64,000 nucleotides of DNA from a virus (taxonomy: Duplodnaviria; Caudoviricetes). Shown here piece by piece: positions 1 through 11,280 of this stretch; positions within the stretch are counted from its first letter, which is position 1, and each line of letters begins with the position of its first letter. The DNA lies in the IMG/VR virus record IMGVR_UViG_3300028048_000060, positions 64,001-128,000 of that record; one strand, written 5' to 3'. The translations under genes were made by a program, and so were the position numbers. Under the pieces are notes generated by a model, which made no database searches, was not told the DNA's origin, and saw only the letters and a program-made list of their open reading frames with translations.

Positions 1-527
1 ACTTACCCGAGACAAAGAAACCTTAGTTCAGGTAAATGATATCTTAGTTAAGCCAGGATTTCACTTTCACAGTTTTGCCAAGGTTGTGAGAGTCTCAGAT
101 AAGAGCGTTTCCTTAGTTAGCTTGGAAGCAGAAACTGAGAAATTAATTGAAAACGACCTGATTTGCACACTCAAAGTAAAGCCAGGAAACCCAATTGGAG
201 AACCCTTTACAAAGAAAAACTTAGACGAGTATGACTTATACGACCCTTCAAGAGTTTATTATGATGTAATGTATTAAGGACTAAAGAATGAAAGCACATA
301 TAACTAATCCTGCTATTGAAGCACTTAGAGAGGTCCTGACTAGACTGGAAACAAAGAAGTCAGAACTCGAAGGAACGATTAAGACTCTTGAAGAACAGGG
401 AATGGATACATCATTCTTCAAAGGTTATCTCGAAGGGATATTAAAAGCAATCAAAGATGTAAGCTATGTTGAAATGTATTCTCCAAGAGATATAGAAGTC
501 TATATGTATTAAATAGAGGAAAAGAAA

Positions 528-1064
528 ATGAGTTTAAAATTAGACAAACGCATCAAAGACAAAGATGATATTCAGAGTCTTATACATTATGACAAAACTA
601 TGATAGGACAGACAGGATACTTTGCTCTTGACCTGTCATGCTTTAGTGATGTAGAGAAGTGGTGTAAGTATGGTGAACTAAGTGACATAGCAGACACAGA
701 CGAAGATGGAAACGAACTAGACTTTAGTGAAGATACTATCTTCATTTCTGAGAGTCCTGAAGGATACCAGTATGGTTGGTCATTCTTTATCCCTGAGTCT
801 TATCTCCTTCCTAAGGAAGTACAAGTAAGACCGTTTACATCTGAGGAATGGAAACATAAGTTTGAGATTGGAACAGTCTTAAAGTTAAGAGAAAAAGAGA
901 CAAAAGATTTTAGTAAGTTGATGTACTTAGGGTATGATATTACTAGCTTAGGTTTAGAAGCACTCATAGGAAACACATTTTATAGTCTAGAGAGCCTCTC
1001 AGAGTTCTATGAGTATTATGACGAAGAAAGTCATAAGTGGGTTCCATTTGGTGTTGTTATGTAA
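528..1064 (+). CDS. 'LDKRI' paralogue family protein, copy 1
   Basis: LDKRI..GYF..FFIPE..RPFT.EE..YLG..W.PFGV motifs shared with six other ORFs in the window. Confidence 0.8.
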   Translation: MSLKLDKRIKDKDDIQSLIHYDKTMIGQTGYFALDLSCFSDVEKWCKYGELSDIADTDEDGNELDFSEDTIFISESPEGYQYGWSFFIPESYLLPKEVQVRPFTSEEWKHKFEIGTVLKLREKETKDFSKLMYLGYDITSLGLEALIGNTFYSLESLSEFYEYYDEESHKWVPFGVVM

Positions 1065-1592
1065 GGAGAATGATATGAGAAATGAAAATGAACGCATATA
1101 TGCAAGTGGTGGTGTTGGATTCTTTGGACTCTTGACTATTGTCTTGATTGTTTTAAAGCTATGTGGTGTAATTACTTGGGACTGGGTTTGGGTTCTGTTT
1201 GGACCATTCTTAGCTTCGGTGCTCTTGAGTATCTGTATTGTGGGATTAGTGATTGCATTAGCTATTATCGCCTCCCTCGTAGATAATTCAGACTAAGTAA
1301 TTTAACCAAAGGAGATACTAAGTGTCTCCTTTTTATTTGGAACGATAAAAATGACTTTTATTGAAAACTGTATTAACGAGTTTAACAAAGCGATAAATCA
1401 GGTTGACTCTAATCCTTATCCTTCTGAGACTGAGAAATACATTAAAAGACAGTGTTTGTACATAGTATCTGCCTTAAAAGACTCTTATCTTAGTAACGTA
1501 GAAAAGGAAATGATGTGTAGACGGTATATCAAAAAGGAAACCTTAGAAAAATTTAAAATTTAGTGTTTTATTATATAGAAAAGGATTTTAAA

Positions 1593-2561
1593 ATGACTCA
1601 GAACTTAGACTTTAGTATCTTTAAGTATCAGCATGTTGAACGTTTTGGGACCGATGAAACTGAGTATCTCTTAGATGAACCTCGTCTTGTTGTTCAGCCA
1701 AAGATAGATGGTACTAACTCATTGGTGATTTATAACACTGAAACTAAAGATGTCATTCCTGGAAACAGAGAAAGGTTCTTAACAGTTCAGAATGACAATG
1801 AAGGATTTGCTAAATTTGTCCAGGAAAATTATGGGAATTTCTCGAAAGCACTGGAAGAAATCTTTGAAGCATTTAAGTCATTTACACCATTTAATCCTGA
1901 CTATATCGTTCTGTGTGGCGAGATGACTAAAAATGGGACATTCCTTGTAGACCCTAAGTTCCTCCATAAGTTCTTTGTGTTTGATGTTGTTGCTATTATA
2001 GACAATGAAAAGTATTACATTCAGATTGAAAAGGTCCAGGATATCTTAGACAAACATGGGATTAGCTATGTTCCATCTAAGATTGTTCCAAGAAAAGAAT
2101 TATCTGATGTAGATGCATTATTAGAGAAGAATAAAGAGTTTTCAAAGTTCTTAATGAGACCTGAGTTTGAGACTGGAGAAGGATTCGTTATTAAGTCATA
2201 TTCAGGGCACGAAAATAAGTATGGAAGAACTGTTTGGGGAAAGATTCTTTATCCAAAGCCAAATTCTTCCATTAGAGCAAAGTGTCTCACTGATGATATG
2301 TATGCTGACATCTTAGACAACTGGTTCGATGAAGTTTTCTTAGAAAAGGAATATTTAAAATATGTTTCTCTATATAAAGACTTAAATATTTTTAAACTTG
2401 CTAATCTTGTTTCAAGGGAATTTATTAAAGAAGAGATTTCAAACATTGTCTTTAAATATAAGTTTCCTGTTATTGATTTTTCTAAGTTAAATGCTTTGCT
2501 GACTAAGAAAGCTAAGGATTTCTATGAACAGAAAACAAAGGAACAGAACTCAAAGGCATAG
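1593..2561 (+). CDS. RNA ligase, Rnl2-like nucleotidyltransferase
   Basis: Ligase motifs I KIDGTN, III LCGEM, IIIa FFVFDV, IV EGFVIK, V WGK; ATG 1593 after AAGGA preferred to the GTG start at 1563. Confidence 0.75.
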   Translation: MTQNLDFSIFKYQHVERFGTDETEYLLDEPRLVVQPKIDGTNSLVIYNTETKDVIPGNRERFLTVQNDNEGFAKFVQENYGNFSKALEEIFEAFKSFTPFNPDYIVLCGEMTKNGTFLVDPKFLHKFFVFDVVAIIDNEKYYIQIEKVQDILDKHGISYVPSKIVPRKELSDVDALLEKNKEFSKFLMRPEFETGEGFVIKSYSGHENKYGRTVWGKILYPKPNSSIRAKCLTDDMYADILDNWFDEVFLEKEYLKYVSLYKDLNIFKLANLVSREFIKEEISNIVFKYKFPVIDFSKLNALLTKKAKDFYEQKTKEQNSKA

Positions 2562-3128
2562 GAGAAAAGTTTGGTTTTGGAAAGAAAATAAGGATTTAAA
2601 GGAGAAAGAAGATGTTCAGAGCAAAAATACTTCAACCACTGTTCGAAAAGTCTAAGACAAATTTCTTTAGACCAGGAGAAGCAGAAGAAGATGTTAAAAC
2701 GAGATTTAACACCGAGTACTGTAAAGAATACTACGACAATTATGGATTCTATGACTACGAGATTTGGAACGTAGACTTTACATTTGCTTGCTTTATGTAC
2801 ACCCACCTAAAGGCACTTATAGACTTCCAAGAAAGAGCAGGTCAAAAAGGAGAGCTTGAAGACCACTGTAAGGAACTGTGTTCTAGGGTAGAAGGTCTTA
2901 TCGTAGAAGGCTATGACTTTTGGAAAGATGAAGACATAGAAAGATACAAAGATATCTGTAAGGAATTTGTTGAGATGATCCCTGGAATGTGGACATAGTA
3001 TTTCTAATTGTATTCAATATAAGAGCATCAAACTCCAAGATGCTCTTATCCAAATAACACCTTTAGTGTTTCTTTATAACAGTTCTCAGAATTCCTTAAA
3101 AAATTTGTCTTTAACTAAAATTTTTTAC

Positions 3129-3157
3129 TTGAATTTAAACTCAAAATACATTATAAT
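3129..3157 (+). promoter_or_regulatory. Early sigma70-type promoter (repeat class)
   Basis: TTGAAT-N17-TATAAT with A/T-rich UP element. Confidence 0.85.
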
Positions 3158-3630
3158 AATAAGCATAAAGAGATTTAGGAGAGAAAGGATATGAACGTAG
3201 AAGAATACTTAAAGAAATTCAATCTATCTAAGAATGACAATGTTATTCTTTGGATTCCAAGAGACCCTTTTGAATATCCTGATGACATAGAACTGATATT
3301 CAGAGGAGACGAAGATTTAGAAGATTACTTTAATAGAGAAGTAGAAGAAATCTCAGTTAATGAAACTGAAGATGGTCTGTGTTTAACCTTTGAATTAGAG
3401 GAAGAATAGAAATGACTCTTAGAGAATACTTAAAGAAATTTAACTTATCTGAGAATGACACTGTTTCTATTGATGTTGGATATACTGAAATCGAAGATAT
3501 CAAAGGAACAGAAGTCTTAGAATCCTTCAAGGAGTATCTTGATTACGATGTAAACACTGTCTATGTTTATCCCGGTGGAGACAGTATAGATATTGTGTTT
3601 GTCATCAGTGCATAGTATAAGGACAGAGAA

Positions 3631-3957
3631 ATGATTATCAACTTAACCCCACACGATATTACTATCACTACTGGAACCAAGACTCTAACTGTCAAGCCAT
3701 CAGGACTCGCTCGTTGCGAAGAGACTTCTGAGGAAATAAAGGTAGTTGAAGACTGGATCCCTGTCTTTAGGGCCACTTATGGAAAGATAAGTGGTCTTCC
3801 TGAACCTAAAGAAAATACTATCTACGTTGTGAGTGCTAGAGTAGCACAAGCACTGAAAGAAACCAATCCTGAAAGAACTGACGTAATGATTCCTTCTAAG
3901 ACTCTCAGAGACTCAGAAGGAAACATTATAGGATGTACTGGGTTAAGTATAGTTTAG
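3631..3957 (+). CDS. Conserved phage hypothetical protein (NLTPH motif)
   Basis: IINLTPH..PSG.AR..GLPEP..YVVS..RD..G.IIGC pattern common in phage proteins; function unknown. Confidence 0.6.
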   Translation: MIINLTPHDITITTGTKTLTVKPSGLARCEETSEEIKVVEDWIPVFRATYGKISGLPEPKENTIYVVSARVAQALKETNPERTDVMIPSKTLRDSEGNIIGCTGLSIV

Positions 3958-4335
3958 CTTTGAGGATAATATTATGAACAGTGTTGAAACAGAAAATCTT
4001 AAAGATACTATTAGAAGACTTCAGCGTATCGTTGAACTCAGAAACGAAGAAATCAAAATCTTAGAAGAACAGTTAGAAGACAAAATGTTAGAAAATCAGA
4101 TGTTAAGGAATTCTAACTCTAAGAGTCTCTACGACTCTGTGTGTTCTAAGTTGGATAATGTAATGCAGAGACTAGCAAATGCTGAGGCAAAGGTGAAACT
4201 AATCGAAGAATTTGTAGACTGTTATGACATGAAAAGTGAGTGGAATGACTGGAACTCACAAATGTAATTTTAAACTATGTTTCTTATATAAAGATATAAG
4301 ATGAAACTTTTAATGGCCATAAGGATTGAACTAAA

Positions 4336-4596
4336 ATGAGACACCTAGACAAGCGAATTTTAAACAAAACTGATATTCAGACAGTCATTACGTGTGACGA
4401 GTTTTATGTTGGTGACAGAGGATGGTTTGGAGTTTCAGCCCAAGACTTCCACGACCTAGAAGGACCTGAAGTATTTGAAGGAGTTCTCCTTGGAATAGAT
4501 GATAATTATGATTATTGCTTTATAACCAAAGATAAAGAGGGAAATATAAGACAGTTCCCATACTTTGTTCCATTTGAGAGAGTATTGCTGAAGTAG
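4336..4596 (+). CDS. 'LDKRI' paralogue, short copy 2
   Basis: LDKRI..GWF..F.DL..YFVP; lacks the C-terminal half. Confidence 0.7.
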   Translation: MRHLDKRILNKTDIQTVITCDEFYVGDRGWFGVSAQDFHDLEGPEVFEGVLLGIDDNYDYCFITKDKEGNIRQFPYFVPFERVLLK

Positions 4597-4683
4597 ACTT
4601 CTACATATAAAAATTTTTTATAGAGACAAAGTCTCTATAAATTTTTATTTTAACAAAAGTTTGACTTAAACTAAAATTTTTAC

Positions 4684-4712
4684 TTGATTTTCTTTCTAAG
4701 ATACATTATAAT
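4684..4712 (+). promoter_or_regulatory. Early sigma70-type promoter
   Basis: TTGATT-N17-TATAAT. Confidence 0.85.
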
Positions 4713-6344
4713 AATAGACATAAAGAGAAAAGAAAGGGAGTAAAGATATGATTTTAGCAGTATTCCTTGTAAAGTCAAATCCATCAAAAAGCATCGCCTT
4801 AAAAGATATCAAGGGAAACATCCTCTTCGAAGGAAAGGTCCAAGATGTTCCTTTTGGATTCTACACCTATGATATCTTTCACTCAAAACTAAAGGATAGC
4901 ACCCTTTGGTTATCTGAACCTTCAGTAGTTTTAGTCCCAAATGTAAAGTAAGAAGCGCGAGGAAGGAGACGTCTTATGACTATTAAGACCCTAGATGGAG
5001 TAAAAAAACTCTTAGAAACAAGAATCTTAGAATATAAAGAAGAAATTAAGTCTGAGAATGTAAGGAATGACAGAGACCTACATAACATGGTTGATGGTGA
5101 AATCTTTGCTTTAGCTGACCTTTACATCGACATCTTTGGAAAGGAAGCATTCGAAGAGTTAATCAAGGAGAGCAAATAGCTATGATTATAGACACCCAAG
5201 ACATTGAAGAAATGATAAAGGAACATCTTTCTGAAGAACAGTATGATGTTGTGTGTGACTTAGCTAACTTTTATAACTCTCGTAAAGACAATATTAAAAG
5301 TATCACATTTGGATATAGAAGACCTTGGACTCACTGTTTTGTCAGTTTCAGGTTAGAAGGAAGAGGTGTATTATTCGATTTTAATGCTGATATAGTTTCT
5401 CGTATTTTTGAAGAGTGTTTTCTCTATAAAATCCATAAGAGTCCTAAAACAAAGTTATTCTCAGATAACAAAACTGAGGAAAACGAATTCACTGAGTTTC
5501 CTGATAATGAGGAGTTTTAAAATGACAGAAGAAGACTTTAAGCAACTCTTAGAAGAAACGTATAAAGAATGGTATACAGATGAAACAGATGATTATGGTG
5601 GCAGTCTAAATTGGCAAGCACTTCTTGTTATAGAAGAAATGTATGAAACAATCTTTGGACAAGAAGAATTTGATGAATTTGTTAAGAGGGTTAGAAATGG
5701 AAACTGAAAAGATGACTGATTTTATCGCATTATTTCACCTAGTAGAATACCTTAAGGGTTTTGATGATGATACTTCTGTTGAAACAGTAATAGCTTACCT
5801 TGAGTCTGACTTAGAGCATTATATGTCTAAGGAAAACAAGACTCTTAGAGACAAATTTGAGATTGTCCAAACAAAGTTCTTTATCGAAGAAATTGATAAT
5901 GTGTGTAATACTATCTCATGTAAAACATCAAGAGAATTAGCAAAGTTATACACAGCACACTTAAACTTGAATTATATGGAAAAGAGGGATGAAATATGAC
6001 TTTAGATGAAATCAAGAAACTCTTAGAAGAAATGTATGAAATGAGACTGCGTTGGAATGAACTAGAACCTGGTGAGAATCCTTATGAGGTAGTTGAAGTC
6101 ATAGAAGAGATATACTCCAATATCTTTGGAAGTGATGAGTTTGATGAATTTATTAAGAGAAAGGAAGAAGCACAGAAGTCATTTGACCCTTTAAAGTATC
6201 ATATGGGATTACTGAGTGGGTCAAGTGGAGCTATTGAGGACTGTTTGCTTTAGAATGGGACAAAGGGCATTAGAAATGGAGACTGAAGAAGGCTTAAATG
6301 TCTATATAGTAAGTCAGATGCTTTTGTAAATTTAAGGAATAAAA

Positions 6345-6874
6345 ATGATTATAGAAAGAAAATTAGATAAAAGAATTAGAGATTTTTCAGATGTTCAAAC
6401 TGCTATTCGATTCAATGACGAATTGATTGGTGAAAAAGGTTATTTTACATGTGATTTAACTGAATTACAGGATTTAACTGAGTGTACTTATTCAGAACTG
6501 GCAGAGGTCGATACTTCTGGGGATGATAATATTTTTAGAACTCCACGTGATGTTAAGCATGGTTATTCTGGATATAGTTTTTTATTCCTGAAAAACTGTT
6601 ACAGGAAGTTAAAAAGAAATACAGAGCCTTTACAAGTGAAGAATTTTTAAACTTGTTTGATACAGGCAAATTACGCTCAATCAGACAGGCAGATGCGAAG
6701 GGAAGGTATATCATAACTGATATTTATTTTAGTGATAGTTGTGGAGAAGATGAAGTTTATGTGTGTTTTGATTGTGGTGAGTGTGGTTATGATATGAAAT
6801 ACTTATTAGAAAATGAATTTGAATACTTTGACGGAACTGAGTGGAAAACTTTTGGAATAGGAGTTGAAGAATGA
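6345..6874 (+). CDS. 'LDKRI' paralogue copy 3, split by a -1 frameshift at T TTT TTA (6578-6584)
   Basis: A -1 shift restores YSFFIPEKLLQEVKKKYRAFTSEEF and runs into ORF 6653..6874 (ends W.TFG). Confidence 0.75.
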
Positions 6875-7350
6875 TTACAAGAAACTACTTTCATACTTTA
6901 GAAGAGTGGATTCCTTATCTAAAAAATATTAAGTGTAAGAAGTACAGAATAAACACTTATGGGAACTATTGGAATGATGGTTCATTTAAACGTTTCATTG
7001 AAACATTCGGCGAAGAAGATGAAAAACTTAAAAAGTCAAATGTGTGTAATATCGAAGTACATTCTTTTATCGACACTGTAGTTATTGATGTTGACTACAT
7101 AAGGTTTTACAAAGATTCTAAAGATGATATTATTGCAGATTTGTGGGAGAAACTTTACTGGAACAACACAAATGCTGATAGAATGGAAGAACTGTTTAAG
7201 CGTTGTCAAGCAGGACTTGCATCTAAAAGTGATTTTGAATGGGAACAGGGTTAACTGAAGAATGCGAAGATGAGTTCTTCAGCCAACCTTATGAAGTCGA
7301 AAAGAAAGAGAAGACAGTTAAAGTAGTAGAGTATGTAAAGAGGAGCTAAG

Positions 7351-7860
7351 ATGAACATTGAGTTAGACAGAAGAATTTATAACATAGAGGATATTCAATC
7401 TGTAGCGACATCAAATGAAGATGACATTGGAAAGAAAGGATATTTCTCTAATTCTATTCTTTATTATATGACTATTTCTTCTAAGAAACTTGTATATGGG
7501 ACATTAGAATCATTGAAAGAAGATGATAAGTGTTTTGTGACAAATAACAAAGCATATCGTTATTTTATTCCTGAAGAAGACATAATGCCTATTGAGGACT
7601 TAGAAGAAATTCTAAGACAAGAGGAACATGAAAGGAACAAGAGCCAAGAAGAGATAGAAGAAGAGCAGGACTACTTAGACTTTTGTAAAATTTTCTTTGT
7701 GTGTAGCGACTTTGATTCTAGAGGGAATTTCCAGCCAGGAAAGTGGTCCAAGCTAGACAAGACTGAATTTCCGTTTTCTGAAGAAAGAAAAAATTTCTTG
7801 ATGATGAAGTTTGTAATTGGTATTACAGACCCAGAGAGTAATCCAAGAGTAGCCGAATAA
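7351..7860 (+). CDS. 'LDKRI' paralogue copy 4, divergent C-terminus
   Basis: LDRRI..GKKGYF..YG.L..YFIPE. Confidence 0.75.
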   Translation: MNIELDRRIYNIEDIQSVATSNEDDIGKKGYFSNSILYYMTISSKKLVYGTLESLKEDDKCFVTNNKAYRYFIPEEDIMPIEDLEEILRQEEHERNKSQEEIEEEQDYLDFCKIFFVCSDFDSRGNFQPGKWSKLDKTEFPFSEERKNFLMMKFVIGITDPESNPRVAE

Positions 7861-7869
7861 GGAGTTAAT

Positions 7870-8469
7870 ATGGAATTAGATAAGAGAATTAAAGATGGAA
7901 GAAGACCTTTTAGTTGTATTGACATAAGGGAAGCTATACAGTTCATTGAAATGAAAGGTTACTTTGCTAACGACCTTGGAGCATTTAAATATCTAGGATT
8001 CACAGACTATTCACAAAGATTTACTTCCCTAAGTTATGGAACTCTAAAGGAAGTAGACAATGACAGTGAAAAAGCATTTTCTGATGAAATCAGTCATAAA
8101 TTTAATTATTTCTTACCTGAAGAGTGGATAGAACCAGAACAGAAGTATAGACCTTATACTTTAGACGAATGGAAGAGAACTCATGGACTTGGAACTGAAG
8201 TTGTCTTTAGGAAGAAGAGAAAAGACTTAGAATCAGCAGAATCAGCAAAACCAGTTATGCACAGAGTGTTCTTAGGATATGATGAAGGCAAACATTATCT
8301 TGAGAAAATCCATTTAGGATACTCAGCATTTACACTCTACACACTGTTCGAAAAGTATGAAATCTATGAAGATGGAATCTGGAGAACTTTTGGTGTAAAC
8401 TGTAAGTCAGATAATCCAGTTTTAAACAAGATTATCAGAGATGCTATCGACAAAGTAAGATGTTATTAG
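7870..8469 (+). CDS. 'LDKRI' paralogue copy 5
   Basis: LDKRI..GYF..FLPEE..YRPYT..FLG..W.TFGV. Confidence 0.8.
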   Translation: MELDKRIKDGRRPFSCIDIREAIQFIEMKGYFANDLGAFKYLGFTDYSQRFTSLSYGTLKEVDNDSEKAFSDEISHKFNYFLPEEWIEPEQKYRPYTLDEWKRTHGLGTEVVFRKKRKDLESAESAKPVMHRVFLGYDEGKHYLEKIHLGYSAFTLYTLFEKYEIYEDGIWRTFGVNCKSDNPVLNKIIRDAIDKVRCY

Positions 8470-8717
8470 TTATAATATAAGACATAAGGATTTTTATTGA
8501 AGTTAAGTCAAGGAGAGAATATAATGAGACATCTGAATAAAGATAATTTATATAAACTAACATCAAAGGTAGAAGGTTCTATATACAGAACAGAACCATT
8601 TAAAATCACTGATGTTGGTGAACTTTTAGCATTACAGGAAGCATTAAGATTATTATACATTTTAATTCAGAATGGACAGATAGACATAGATGAACAATAA
8701 GTAATAGGAGAACGATA

Positions 8718-9194
8718 ATGGACAAGCGAATTTTAAAGAACCCTTTAAGTGGATTTGACACTGACGAAGTTAAAAGATGTCTTTATACTTCTAAGAAAGG
8801 ATACTTTGGTAGTTATGTTGACGACTTCGAAGATGTCCGTCAGTTAACATTTGGAACTCTGAAATGTGTTGAAGATGGATTATTTTCTCCTGATGACGAA
8901 GAATTTTATTCATTCTTTTTACCTGAAGATTATGTGAGTCCTGAACCAAGTGAAGAGTACAGACCTTATACTTTAGAAGAATTTCGGTCTAAGTTTCCTC
9001 TTCTTTCACCTATAACATTCAGAGAAAAAGATGGTGGAACTGTCTATACTCAGTGTTTCTTAGGATATTATGACTTTGAACCATTTGTAACCTTAGGTGC
9101 TTGTGAGTTTCACTTAGAAGAACTGTTTAAAGAGTATGAACTCTTAGACTCTGAAAATAAGTATGTCCCATTTGGAACATTTAAAACAGAGTAA
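8718..9194 (+). CDS. 'LDKRI' paralogue copy 6
   Basis: DKRI..KKGYF..FFLPE..YRPYT.EE..FLG..PFG. Confidence 0.8.
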   Translation: MDKRILKNPLSGFDTDEVKRCLYTSKKGYFGSYVDDFEDVRQLTFGTLKCVEDGLFSPDDEEFYSFFLPEDYVSPEPSEEYRPYTLEEFRSKFPLLSPITFREKDGGTVYTQCFLGYYDFEPFVTLGACEFHLEELFKEYELLDSENKYVPFGTFKTE

Positions 9195-9206
9195 AGGAAT
9201 AAGTTA

Positions 9207-9710
9207 ATGAAGTTAGATAAGAGAATTAAAGATGGCAGAAGACCCTTGGACTGTGTGGATATTGATGTAGCTAAACAGTTTATAGGTAAGAAAGGATATT
9301 TTGCTAACTGTCTTGGAACATTTCAGGATCTAGAGTCTGCAAATTCAGAAGATCCATTAAAATATGCAACTTTAAAGAAAGTTGACATGCATAGACTAAC
9401 AGCATTTACTGATGATTTTGATGGTGAATCTTCTTATTTCCTTCCTGAAGAATGGGTTAAGAAGCCTGAAAAGAAGTACAGACCTTATTCACTAAATGAC
9501 TGGATTGAACAGCATGAAATAGGCGATATTATCCATTATAGAAGTAAGTATGGAACAGAATTACGTCACATGTATTTAGGCACACGGCATAAGCCAGAAT
9601 CTGTAAAAATCACTCTTGGTGATTCAAGTTACAGTTTGGAGCGTCTTTTTGAAGAATATGAAATTGAAGTCAACGGCGAATGGAGACCATTTGGAGTGAA
9701 GGGTGAGTGA
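9207..9710 (+). CDS. 'LDKRI' paralogue copy 7
   Basis: LDKRIKDGRRP start nearly identical to copy 5; ends WRPFGV. Confidence 0.8.
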   Translation: MKLDKRIKDGRRPLDCVDIDVAKQFIGKKGYFANCLGTFQDLESANSEDPLKYATLKKVDMHRLTAFTDDFDGESSYFLPEEWVKKPEKKYRPYSLNDWIEQHEIGDIIHYRSKYGTELRHMYLGTRHKPESVKITLGDSSYSLERLFEEYEIEVNGEWRPFGVKGE

Positions 9711-11251
9711 TATTATAATTTGTGTCGTTATGTTTGTTCTTCTATACTGTACTCTCACTTGTTTTCATCTTGCATATAAACTATCTGTGATGCAGAAAGC
9801 ACTTGAAACTGTCTTAGCTAATATCAAGAAAAGTGAACGAGAAGAAAATGACTTCCAAAAAGGAGTTTTTACTGGTCTTCTAACTTTCTATACAACGTAT
9901 TTTGACAGTAAGAAGTTCTTGGAATCATTAGATAAAAATTAAAATATTGTTTATTATATAAAGACATAAGGATTTTTATGATTGAAACATTACTCGACTT
10001 TTTGTGTAACTCTTCTGACTTCAGGAAGGAACACAACTTGGGATTCATTGTTAGAGATGAAAATGGAAAAGAACTCTGTAACTCTAAGGAGACTAAGACA
10101 TTAGAAGACTGGATGAACAATCCAGTCATTAACATGGTTGTTACTAAGTCAGAAGAAACTGAGTCTGATATTATCATTACTGTTGTTGACTGGGATTGGA
10201 ATAACGAAGATGAAACTTCTAAACAAAGTGTCTAAGTTCTTAGAGAATGAAAATACTATCTTTAATCTAAAGGAAGAGATAAAGAGACTCCAAGATGAAC
10301 TAAAGTATACCCATGAAAGATATGACGACAGTATCGAACTCAATGAAAATGAAGAAAGGCGATTCCAAGAACTTCTAAAGAAATATGAAACTAATTTTAA
10401 GATAGACTACCATAAACTCCAAGAATACGAGATTATCATAGACTGTTTGAAGAAAAATGACCTTAGAGTTGCAGAACTGTACCTTGGAAAAGACCATTTA
10501 GAGTTCTATAAAGAAGAACTGGAAAAGGAAAAGAAAGAAAACTCTGAACTCAGAGAGGAAAATGAACTGTTTAAACAGTTTATCGACCAGTTACCTGATG
10601 GGTTTAAGTTGTCTTGGAAGTTGTTTAAGGATTTAAAAGGAGAAAGAGATGGAAGAAAACAATGACTTTAATACTAAAAAGAACTATGACAAGGAAAAGA
10701 TTAAGTTCTTAGAAGAGCATCTTAATTCAGGACATACTAAGGAAGAACTGGATGCGATGTTCAAACAGGAAGTTATTGAAAAAGACAAAAAGGAAAAGAC
10801 CCTGAAATTCAAGGAATTAGTGGAAAAGGAAGCAAAGTTGTCCTACCATAAATCAGACCAAAAAGAAACAGACGACTACAACACTTTTGAGTACAATCTT
10901 AGTATTAGTAGACCGTGTACATTAGGAGCATTTGTTAATCTTTTAGCCTTAGAGTCTATCAACAGTGACTGGAGAACTGTTGTAGAGTTTAACCGAGGTA
11001 AGTCTTTAGGCACTGTTTTAATCTATATTCAAAATGGTGAAGTAGAGAGTGAAACTATGGATTACTTTTGGCGTAATAAAGCCATAGAAGGTGACAAAGC
11101 ATTCTGTGACAGAGCGGACAAAGTAGAGCGCCTTATCGTAGTTCCTCTGAAAGAAAGACTCTACTAATGTACTATTTATATTTTCTCTTTATGAAAAGTT
11201 TGAGCCATATCAAACTTTTCATTCAAATTTTACTTAAACTCAAATTTTTCC

Positions 11252-11280
11252 TTGAAAATTTCTTCGATTTTTATTATAAT
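11252..11280 (+). promoter_or_regulatory. Early sigma70-type promoter
   Basis: TTGAAA-N17-TATAAT. Confidence 0.8.

Noticed and set aside
528-9710. Diversity-generating retroelement behind the paralogue family
   Set aside because: No reverse transcriptase and no adenine-specific TR/VR pair seen.
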